Of a stretch of 64,000 bases of DNA, positions 56,617 to 64,000 are shown piece after piece. Position 1 is the stretch's first letter. The number at the start of each line of letters is the position of its first letter. The stretch is from assembly GCA_022827885.1 (NCBI GenBank), contig JAJEIP010000019.1, positions 27,209 to 91,208 on the forward strand, given 5' to 3'. The notes beneath the pieces are model-generated. The model saw only the letters and a program-made list of their open reading frames with translations, ran no database searches and was not told where the DNA came from. This DNA is from Candidatus Poribacteria bacterium. GTDB lineage: Bacteria; Poribacteria; WGA-4E; WGA-3G. The position numbers and the translations under genes are program-made.

Positions 56617-57720
56617 ATGCTAAAGCAATTACAACCGAAATCACAGAGAATCGCGATTCTTGCTGAAGGTTCGTTCGGTATCCTCGAATCGAAAACCGCT
56701 ACGGTCTTGGTCCGCTATCTCCCTGAGAACGTCGTCGCAGTTATCGACAGTGAAAACGCAGGACGAGACACCAGCGAAATTATCGAGATCGGGGAAGGTA
56801 TACCAATTGTCCGGGATCTCGCCGAGGCGATGCAATTCGATCCGACCCTGCTCGCAATCGGTATCGCGCCACCCGGCGGTGAGCTCCCCCATGCGTGGCG
56901 CGCAATCCTCCACGAAGCGATACACAATCGACTCCACGTCATGAGTGGCTTGCACCAATTCCTCAGTGAGGACCCAGAACTTGCAGAACTCGCCGCAGCA
57001 CACGATGTGCTGTTATGGGATGCTCGAAAACCGCCTGCCAACTTACCCGTCGCGACGTGTAAAGCCGACGCTGTGGATGCTACAGTCATTCTCACTGTGG
57101 GTTCAGATTGCCGCGTCGGTAAAATGCTATCCGGCATAGAGGTCACACGTACGGCACGTGGGCGCGGTTTAGATGCTGAATTCTGTCCAACCGGTCAAAA
57201 CGGGATCATGGTATGGGGCTGGGGTATTGCGATCGATGCCGTTGTCTCTGATTTCACTGCTGGTGCCGCGGAGCAGATTGTGCTTGAGGGTGCGCAAAAT
57301 CACTCACTGCTTATCGTTGAAGGACAGGGTTCACTCGTTCATCCGGGGTATTCCGGTGTAACGTTAAGCCTGCTCCACGGGAGTCTACCCGATGCGATGA
57401 TATTCTGTCATCAACCCTCGCGGGATACGGTTGCTCGGTATACAGTGCCGTTGCCCTCGGTTCCTGAGATGATAGCACAGTATGAAGCGATGGCGGCACC
57501 GATAAAACCTGCCAAAGTGATCGGATTGGCACTGAATTGTTTTGATTTATCTGACGCTGAAGCACATGCAGCGGTTCATCAAGCGGAGGCAGAAACAGGA
57601 TTACCTGCAACGGATGTCGTGAGGTTCGGTGCGGATAAACTCGTTGACGCTGTTCAGGCATTTCAGAAAAAAAATAGAAACGCTAACGCCGTAAAACTAA
57701 AGGAGATACAAAATCTATGA
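56617..57720 (+). CDS. DUF1611 family protein (DgcN-like)
   Basis: ATG at 56617. RIAILAEGSFG ... ILTVGSDCRVGKM ... LIVEGQGSLVHPGYSG are characteristic DUF1611 motifs. Confidence 0.65.
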   Translation: MLKQLQPKSQRIAILAEGSFGILESKTATVLVRYLPENVVAVIDSENAGRDTSEIIEIGEGIPIVRDLAEAMQFDPTLLAIGIAPPGGELPHAWRAILHEAIHNRLHVMSGLHQFLSEDPELAELAAAHDVLLWDARKPPANLPVATCKADAVDATVILTVGSDCRVGKMLSGIEVTRTARGRGLDAEFCPTGQNGIMVWGWGIAIDAVVSDFTAGAAEQIVLEGAQNHSLLIVEGQGSLVHPGYSGVTLSLLHGSLPDAMIFCHQPSRDTVARYTVPLPSVPEMIAQYEAMAAPIKPAKVIGLALNCFDLSDAEAHAAVHQAEAETGLPATDVVRFGADKLVDAVQAFQKKNRNANAVKLKEIQNL

Positions 57721-58517
57721 CCGACGAAGAAAAATTTCGATTCGATCTGAGCGGATTTCTCGTCCGTCCCGCGATCCTTGAACGCGACGAAGTAAAGGCA
57801 ATCGTTGAGCAGATTGAACGGATACATCACAATCCAGAGTCTTTACCACCAGAACAGCGCGCCGTGCCGGGCGGTCCGGCGAGTGTCCTGATTGACCATC
57901 CTAAAGTGCTCGATGTCTTGCACGAAATCATCGGACCCGATGTTCGCTTAGAAAACTGTTCCTCCATCTGGCGTGAAAAGGGACAGGAACACGGCGGGCT
58001 CCACGGTGGTGGACCGCAACAAGGCGATCCTATTTTCGGGTACCGCTGCAATAACGGACGGATTCACGCAGGCATGGTGCGCGTCGTCTTTGAACTCACA
58101 GATGTCACCAAAAAGGACGGTGCGACACACTTCATCGCGGGGAGTCATAAGTCTAACTTCCCGATGCATGCAGATCACATGTCATTAGAGGAAGGGAAAC
58201 GGAGTCCGTTCCTGATGTCCTATGACTGTCCAGCAGGCAGTGCGATCTTCTTTACCGAGAACCTATGTCATGCGGGTCCCGTGTGGCAACGGGACACGCC
58301 GCGCGTCGCAGTGCTAAACGCCTATGCCCATCTCGCGACCCACTGGCATCGGTTGAAGACGCCCCCCGAAGTAATCTCCGCGCTACCGCGTGACAAGCAG
58401 GCCTATTTCCGTGAACCGTGGGTCGCTGATTTCCGCACAAGTCCGGCAACGATTAATACGATCGAACGGTTCTTGAACAACGACGAACCGCCCGTCAATA
58501 CCGACACCAAGCCGTGA
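57717..58517 (+). CDS. PhyH-family dioxygenase, translationally coupled to the DUF1611 gene
   Basis: ATGA overlap at 57717-57720. FRFDLSGFLVRPAIL N-terminus, FIAGSHKSNF and ENLCHAGPVW motifs. Confidence 0.65.
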   Translation: MTDEEKFRFDLSGFLVRPAILERDEVKAIVEQIERIHHNPESLPPEQRAVPGGPASVLIDHPKVLDVLHEIIGPDVRLENCSSIWREKGQEHGGLHGGGPQQGDPIFGYRCNNGRIHAGMVRVVFELTDVTKKDGATHFIAGSHKSNFPMHADHMSLEEGKRSPFLMSYDCPAGSAIFFTENLCHAGPVWQRDTPRVAVLNAYAHLATHWHRLKTPPEVISALPRDKQAYFREPWVADFRTSPATINTIERFLNNDEPPVNTDTKP

Positions 58518-58522
58518 ATTAA

Positions 58523-58559
58523 CCCCCTAAATCCCCCTTATCAGGGGGACTTTAAGGGG
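58523..58559. terminator. Long hairpin between convergent genes (CCCCTAAATCCCCC-ttatca-GGGGGACTTTAAGGGG)
   Basis: About 14-bp imperfect stem, located between the stop codons at 58517 (+) and 58588 (-). Confidence 0.5.
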
Positions 58560-58587
58560 AAATCCATAAGTCCTATGTATCTTAAGG

Positions 58588-59622
58588 TTACGGCATCGTC
58601 GGCACTGTAATCTCACCAGCAATGATGCCTGCTTTCAGTGCCTCGACCTTTTCGAGAAGTTCGGCAGAAAGCAGATCCTTGTTGCCTTCGCCGAGCATAT
58701 AACCGACAGTGCCCTCAGCGAGACCGAGGGAGCGAACGCCTGCCATTAAGTCGCCAGCGGCGAACGCTTGGATAACGTTATATACAGAGTCGTCAATCCC
58801 GACGCGGAGTCCTGATAGGACGACTCCGGGCGCGAGATCCGTAATATCAATGTAGTTCCATAACACATATCTGCCTTCTGCGAGTTTCGCGGCTTCAATC
58901 GCGCCGAACCCCGACTGATCTGCCATCGTGTAGATGACATCAACTCCGATCCCATATTGCGTTAAGGCGATTGTTTCGCCGACGGCTGGTTGATAGAACC
59001 CCTGTTCGTTATCAGCAACGTAACCCTTGACGATCTCTGCGTCTGGATTCACGGCTTTGACCCCAGCGACGTAGCCGGCTTCAAATTCGTGTATTAACGG
59101 GACATCCGCCCCACCGAGGTAGCCAACCTTCCCAGTTTCCGTTTTTAGCCCGGCGATCGCTCCAAGCAGAAACGTGCCTTCGTTCACTCTGTGTGTGAAA
59201 GAGACGACATTGGGGAGCTCCACTGCGGCATCAAAAATGACGAATATAACCTCTGGGAATCCCGGTGCCACGCGTGAGATGGGAGCCGCCATCTGGTAGC
59301 CCGAAGTGATAACTAAGTCTGAGGTTTGAGCGGCTTCCTGTAAACGCATGTCCCACGTCTCGGGACTGCTTTCCATTTCGGTTATATCAATACCGAGTTC
59401 CGTTTTTGCTTTCTGGGCACCGTTAAAAAGCACATCACAGTAAGAAGAATCGCCGAGACATTCTCCCGGATATACAACGCTCACCCGAATCGAGGCAGAA
59501 TCCATCATCTCCGGTTGATCGGGAGGTCGCATATCCTGAATCTTCTCACAGCCACACGTATAAATTAAAAAGACTGCGATCCCTAAAAAGGTTGCATTCT
59601 TCAACACGTTCATATATTTCAT
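58588..59622 (-). CDS. BMP family (PnrA/Med-like) ABC transporter substrate-binding lipoprotein
   Basis: ATG at 59622 after AAGGA. Lipobox LIYTCGC. VGYLGGADVPLIHEFEAGY and YTMADQSGFGAIEAA motifs. Confidence 0.7.
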   Translation of the reverse strand: MKYMNVLKNATFLGIAVFLIYTCGCEKIQDMRPPDQPEMMDSASIRVSVVYPGECLGDSSYCDVLFNGAQKAKTELGIDITEMESSPETWDMRLQEAAQTSDLVITSGYQMAAPISRVAPGFPEVIFVIFDAAVELPNVVSFTHRVNEGTFLLGAIAGLKTETGKVGYLGGADVPLIHEFEAGYVAGVKAVNPDAEIVKGYVADNEQGFYQPAVGETIALTQYGIGVDVIYTMADQSGFGAIEAAKLAEGRYVLWNYIDITDLAPGVVLSGLRVGIDDSVYNVIQAFAAGDLMAGVRSLGLAEGTVGYMLGEGNKDLLSAELLEKVEALKAGIIAGEITVPTMP

Positions 59623-59848
59623 TCTTTTCCTTTCAAAGCAGTAGACACACTGTGTGTCATTATATTTTAAAGTTAGGACCCGCACAATTCGTCAGGGAAC
59701 GTTTTCCTAGCAGGCGTGATTACTGCGTAAGTCCTGTCAAATATTGGCACGCCTTCAAACATCACTTAAAATATTAACGGCACGTGCTGTGTGCCGTTAC
59801 ATCGGTTCTTTGACCCCTAAAATAGCCCTAATCCATGCTGAAAATACT

Positions 59849-59877
59849 TTGCTTTTTCGCTTCAAATCAGGTATAAT
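59849..59877 (+). promoter_or_regulatory. Sigma70-like promoter, TTGCTT-N17-TATAAT
   Basis: Consensus -10 element with 17-nt spacing, about 110 nt upstream of the helicase ATG. Confidence 0.6.
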
Positions 59878-59989
59878 AATCATGGGTTTACTCACAAGCG
59901 GGAACCCTATATTTCCACATAAATATTATACGACACCAACTCTAAAAAAACACAAAAATTTCCGGATAGAATGGACGGAGGGAAATCCG

Positions 59990-62900
59990 ATGAACATTCT
60001 TCATGAATTAAATGAAAGACAGAGAGAAGCTGTAACACACAAAAAGGGTCCACTCCTTGTTATTGCAGGTCCCGGCACAGGGAAAACAAGAGTTATCACA
60101 CACCGCATCGCGTATCTGATTCGCGAACACGGCATCAAAGCGGAGAATATCCTTGCAATCACTTTCACGAACAAAGCTGCGCAAGAGATGCAGGAACGCG
60201 TCAACACCGAGATCGGCGAGCCGCACGGTTCCAACATTAAAGTTAGCACCTTCCATGCATTTTGCGTTAATGTGCTCCGAAAACACGCCCTGCGGATCGG
60301 ATTAAGCGAAAACTTCACTATCTTCGATCAGGAGCTTCAAGATGAGATATTAACAGAAAGCGTCCGTGCGTTGAATCTCAACGCTGACGACTATCCGCCG
60401 TGGTTGCTGCGTAATATCCTGAGCGATGCAAAATGTAAATCACAGAATCCGGTTGACGCAGTAGAGACCATGGACATTCATGACGCAGAAACCGTCGAAA
60501 ACCTCCGAAGCGTCCTGCGCGGCTATCAAGACAAACTCACGGAATACGATGCCCTCGATTTCGACGATCTCCTTGTGAAAACCGTCGAATTGTTTGAACA
60601 AGTACCGGATGTCCAGCAAGACTATCACAAAGCAATCGCCCATATTCTCGTTGACGAATTCCACGATGTGAACAGCGTGCAGTATCGCCTCCTCCAGCTG
60701 CTCTGTGCGCCGCCCGAACACAACCTCATGGTCGTCGCTGACGAAGATCAGGCGATCTATAGTTGGCGCGGCTCGAATCCAGCGTATATTGACGACTTCA
60801 AAGCCGATTATAATCCAACAGAACTTGCTTTGGACGACCATTATCGGTGTAGCGAGAAGATTTTGCGCGCCGCAGAGGAGGTCATCTCCAGAAACACGGA
60901 ACGGCAGAAACAGCACACCCTCAGAACCCACAAAGACGCAGGACGCGACATCTTTCACTATACCTTTGACACACCTATGGGGGAAGCATGCGCTCTCATT
61001 AAGGTCATTCAGAACTTGGTAACGCAACGCAACTATTCCTATCGCGATATTGCTATTTTCTACCGCACACACAGACTCGCGAACGTTTTGGAAGAACAGT
61101 TGCTACGGGAACATATCCCATTTCAGCGAATTCAACCGACGCATTCCCTTGCGGAAGGGAATAGTAAAGGTATCCTGGCGTATCTCCGTTTCATCCAATG
61201 GCAACTCCCGCAAGATTTGGAAGCCGCAATCAATTTCCCTGAAACCTGTATCGATGACTTAACATGGGTGCGCTTGAAGTGGCTCGCGCAATGTGAAGAT
61301 GTCGCGTTTGTCGAGCTTTTGAAAAACATCGAAGCATATCCAGAGGATGTCGGTCCCTTAACCCGCCGGAACGTCCGTGAATTCTGGACACACCTTGAGA
61401 GGTTATCAACCGAAATTGAAGGCGAGCGGGTCGATCAAATTATCCTGAAACTTTTTGATACTTTGGAACGCTCTCGGACGCCGTATCGCGCTGAAGAGCT
61501 GGAGATCATCGAAAAACAACTGGAGCCGCCGAATCTGGTAACCGCCCAAGATGTGCTCTACAGCGCGCTGACGCTCGGCGAGCCGGTCCAAATTACCGCC
61601 AGCCATGGGATTGACGAGTATTGTGCGGCACACATTATCTACCAGACGCTTGAAACCTACCTCAATCACACCCCAGAACTCCATTTGTTGCCGCCTGAGG
61701 GGAACAGACCGAAATCGAACGAAAACGGGGTTCATCTGCTTATCGGGGATTTCGAGGACATCGGGGAAAGGGCAAGGGATGCCCGGACAATTCTCATCGG
61801 CACAGCGGACGTAGTAAATACGGATGTGCTTCGTTTGGAAGCAGAAGCGGTTCATAGCATTACAGCACTTAAGCTCTGCCAACGGCTTGTCAATCGCTTT
61901 GAAACCCCAAATATGACAGATATGGTCGTTTACGACTTGGAAACGACGGGGCTCAATCCGAAAACGGCAGAAATCGTTGAGATCGCTGCACACCGTCTCA
62001 GCGCAATCGGCGATGAAGTTGAGCGGTATTATCGCTTGGTCAGACCGCCGGGCGGACACATTCCGCAGTCTGCGACGCGCATCCATGGGGTTGATACAGA
62101 GACCGTCAAGACCTCACCGGCGATTGAAATGGTGTTACCTGAATTCCTTGGGTTTATCCAGAATAGGATTCTCATTGGACACAATGTAGCGGAATATGAC
62201 AATCCGATCCTTGCGCGAGACCTGAGAAGGTATTTGAAAAGGGATTTATCCGCTCCGCATTACGATACGCTCACTACAGCGCGCAGGCTTTTCCCGCGCC
62301 AACGCTGTAGTATGAGTGCGCTTGCAGAAAAATTTGAGATTGAACACGGACGTTTACATAGTGCCTTGGAGGATGTCAGAGTCAATCGAGAGATATTCAA
62401 AGAACTCATCAGAATCGACGCTCATAAACGCGAGGCGAAATCCCTTCCTGAATTGCTACCCTTTGTTGGGATCGGTATTCTTGCGAAAACGGAAGAGGTC
62501 GCTCGCTCAGAGGAAACCTTAACGGAGACCGATACGTTTTTAAATGTCGCGAAACGCTTCGTCCAGACACACAATATCGGACCCCTGGAGAATCTACCAC
62601 TTGACCCCACAGAAGCGGCACACGCGAGAGAATTTATGGAAACGTTACAGGGTGCCACCGTCCGTGAGTTCCCGGAAGATGCTGACTGGCGACACCGTCG
62701 AATTCAGTTTATGAACGCAGTCCTTCACTTCGAGTTGATTAGTGATGAACACGGACTTATCAACTTTCTGGATTATCAGAAACTCCTCACCAATATTGAT
62801 GAACTCGACGATAAAACGGAGCAGTTGACGTTAATGACCTTGCATGCCGCGAAAGGGACAGAATTTCCGGTCGTTATCATCATCGGGATGGAGGAGGGAA

Positions 62901-63109
62901 GTTTTCCGATGTGGCGGCAGAATATCACGGAGGCAGAATTGGAAGAGGAGCGTCGGCTTTTCTATGTCGGTATGACTCGTGCGCAAGCGCAGCTGTATCT
63001 AAGTTCTGTGGTGTATCGTTTCGGGGATCGGGACCGTGCCTCGTCGATGTTCGTTCGAGAGATTCCGTCGAACTCCGTGATGAAATGGAGTCCACGGGAT
63101 AGGAGGTAG
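59990..63109 (+). CDS. UvrD/PcrA-type superfamily 1 helicase with an embedded DnaQ-like DEDDh 3'-5' exonuclease domain
   Basis: ATG at 59990 after GGAGG. Helicase motifs AGPGTGKT, LVDEFHDVN, VADEDQAIYSWRGS, DDHYRCS, LMTLHAAKGTEFPVVII and LFYVGMTRAQ. Exonuclease motifs VVYDLETTG, IGHNVAEYDNPIL and HSALEDV lie between motif IV and motif V. Confidence 0.85.
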   Translation: MNILHELNERQREAVTHKKGPLLVIAGPGTGKTRVITHRIAYLIREHGIKAENILAITFTNKAAQEMQERVNTEIGEPHGSNIKVSTFHAFCVNVLRKHALRIGLSENFTIFDQELQDEILTESVRALNLNADDYPPWLLRNILSDAKCKSQNPVDAVETMDIHDAETVENLRSVLRGYQDKLTEYDALDFDDLLVKTVELFEQVPDVQQDYHKAIAHILVDEFHDVNSVQYRLLQLLCAPPEHNLMVVADEDQAIYSWRGSNPAYIDDFKADYNPTELALDDHYRCSEKILRAAEEVISRNTERQKQHTLRTHKDAGRDIFHYTFDTPMGEACALIKVIQNLVTQRNYSYRDIAIFYRTHRLANVLEEQLLREHIPFQRIQPTHSLAEGNSKGILAYLRFIQWQLPQDLEAAINFPETCIDDLTWVRLKWLAQCEDVAFVELLKNIEAYPEDVGPLTRRNVREFWTHLERLSTEIEGERVDQIILKLFDTLERSRTPYRAEELEIIEKQLEPPNLVTAQDVLYSALTLGEPVQITASHGIDEYCAAHIIYQTLETYLNHTPELHLLPPEGNRPKSNENGVHLLIGDFEDIGERARDARTILIGTADVVNTDVLRLEAEAVHSITALKLCQRLVNRFETPNMTDMVVYDLETTGLNPKTAEIVEIAAHRLSAIGDEVERYYRLVRPPGGHIPQSATRIHGVDTETVKTSPAIEMVLPEFLGFIQNRILIGHNVAEYDNPILARDLRRYLKRDLSAPHYDTLTTARRLFPRQRCSMSALAEKFEIEHGRLHSALEDVRVNREIFKELIRIDAHKREAKSLPELLPFVGIGILAKTEEVARSEETLTETDTFLNVAKRFVQTHNIGPLENLPLDPTEAAHAREFMETLQGATVREFPEDADWRHRRIQFMNAVLHFELISDEHGLINFLDYQKLLTNIDELDDKTEQLTLMTLHAAKGTEFPVVIIIGMEEGSFPMWRQNITEAELEEERRLFYVGMTRAQAQLYLSSVVYRFGDRDRASSMFVREIPSNSVMKWSPRDRR

Positions 63110-63135
63110 CGGGGTGACAAATGGTTAACTTCATG

Positions 63136-64000
63136 CTACTTACGAATCAGCATCTTACGCGTTGCCGTGAAATCGCCTGCGGTGAGTGTGTAGAAATAGA
63201 CCGCACTCGCCACAGGTTCACCGACTTCATTTCTGCCATCCCAATACGCCGCACGGCCGCGGCTTTGATAGATACCGGCGGGTGTATGTCCCAACGCTAA
63301 CATCCGAACCAACTCACCATTTACAGCATAGATACGCAAGGTAACTTTCGCAGGTTCAGAGAGTTGATACGGTATCCATGTCTCTGGGTTGAACGGATTC
63401 GGATAGTTCGGCAGCAGTGCTGTTTCTTCTGGAATCAGCAACGCTAAGAGACTTTGAAGGTAAGCAATACCCCGTTGGAAGGCGAGAGAGCCGTCGTCTT
63501 CAACCTGTGCCTGTTCTATCCACGCTTGAACCCTCACTGAATCCAACCCGTCTATGCTGTCCATCTCAAGAATGGAAGGTGGAGCTGCGGCAGTTGACTC
63601 ACCCATGTGTTGCGCCACAAGGATGAGATCAAGGATGCTGATAATTCCATCACCGTTCACATCTGTTCGCGAATTAACGAATGCTGTTTTTCCGAAATCT
63701 CGTGCAATGAGAATCAGATCCAAAACGTTTATTATTCCATCTACATTCACATCCGAGATTAAGCCGTCCTTCACTACAACAGTAACCTTATAGGGGCCTG
63801 CGGGGATTGTTTGACCTCCGACAACATGGAACAGAAAGTTATTGAGTGTCAATTGTGTCTCACCACCAGCCTTCGCTGAAAGGGTTACTGACAGCAGCAT
63901 ACCTGTGCCATTGACAGCATTTCCACTATGTTTCGCTTCACTGAGACCTATAATTTTACCGGATTGATTATCAATTGCTCCTCTCCTAAAGAGGGTTGTT
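63136..64000 (-). CDS. Secreted protein with two dockerin-like repeats and a T9SS-type (Por_Secre_tail/FlgD-Ig-like) C-terminal domain; 5' end lies outside the window
   Basis: The frame stays open to position 64000. DVNVDGIINVLDLILIARDFG and DVNGDGIISILDLILVAQHMG are dockerin type I repeats. The C-terminal LLPNYPNPFNPETWIPYQL ... VYFYTLTAGDFTATRKMLIRK is a sorting-domain pattern. Confidence 0.75.
   Translation of the reverse strand, partial: TTLFRRGAIDNQSGKIIGLSEAKHSGNAVNGTGMLLSVTLSAKAGGETQLTLNNFLFHVVGGQTIPAGPYKVTVVVKDGLISDVNVDGIINVLDLILIARDFGKTAFVNSRTDVNGDGIISILDLILVAQHMGESTAAAPPSILEMDSIDGLDSVRVQAWIEQAQVEDDGSLAFQRGIAYLQSLLALLIPEETALLPNYPNPFNPETWIPYQLSEPAKVTLRIYAVNGELVRMLALGHTPAGIYQSRGRAAYWDGRNEVGEPVASAVYFYTLTAGDFTATRKMLIRK

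Noticed and set aside
59776-59800. Counting the hairpin AACGGCAC-gtgctgt-GTGCCGTT as a member of the CTAC REP family.
   Set aside because: It resembles the 2565-type element in reverse orientation, but it ends in TTAC rather than CTAC and lies in the helicase promoter region. It is related at best, so it was not included in the family count.

Overview
A 64 kb chromosomal window of moderate GC (about half by eye, not computed) with roughly 55 credible protein genes. I found no rRNA, tRNA, CRISPR array or transposase. Housekeeping genes (dnaK, mutS, ligA, icd, mdh, fabV, msrB, mtaB) are interleaved with an accessory set typical of a marine or host-associated glycan degrader. That set comprises a Cys-type sulfatase, two secreted LamG proteins, an FG-GAP/ASPIC protein, a dockerin plus T9SS-type C-terminal-domain protein, ThuA, two xylose-isomerase-like TIM-barrel proteins, a Gfo/Idh/MocA oxidoreductase and five PhyH-family dioxygenase paralogs. 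The gene content, including a PduA-like microcompartment shell gene, resembles uncultivated lineages such as Poribacteria, but that is inference only. The best candidate for an undescribed system is an AT-rich, REP-flanked two-gene module at 44883-46630: an OLD/ABC-type ATPase overlapping a PIN-like nuclease, which has the architecture of an ATPase-plus-nuclease anti-phage system. Other points of interest: a minimal BMC locus (one BMC-H shell gene plus an acylating aldehyde dehydrogenase with an encapsulation-peptide-like N-terminus, divergent from a citrate-synthase-like gene and icd); a UvrD-type helicase with an embedded DEDDh exonuclease; a methyltransferase fused to an Mrr-like nuclease domain beside an orphan HicB; a VapBC pair; and an orphan HigA-type antidote. 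The non-coding DNA is unusually structured. It holds a family of hairpin elements that always end in CTAC (REP/RAYT-like grammar), heptamer tandem arrays (ACTGAnA) in gene leaders, a CIRCE-like GCAC-N9-TGC motif twice upstream of dnaK and once 24 kb away, and a perfect 37-bp tandem duplication across the ligA start codon. All calls come from reading the sequence and ORF translations; no database search was run.
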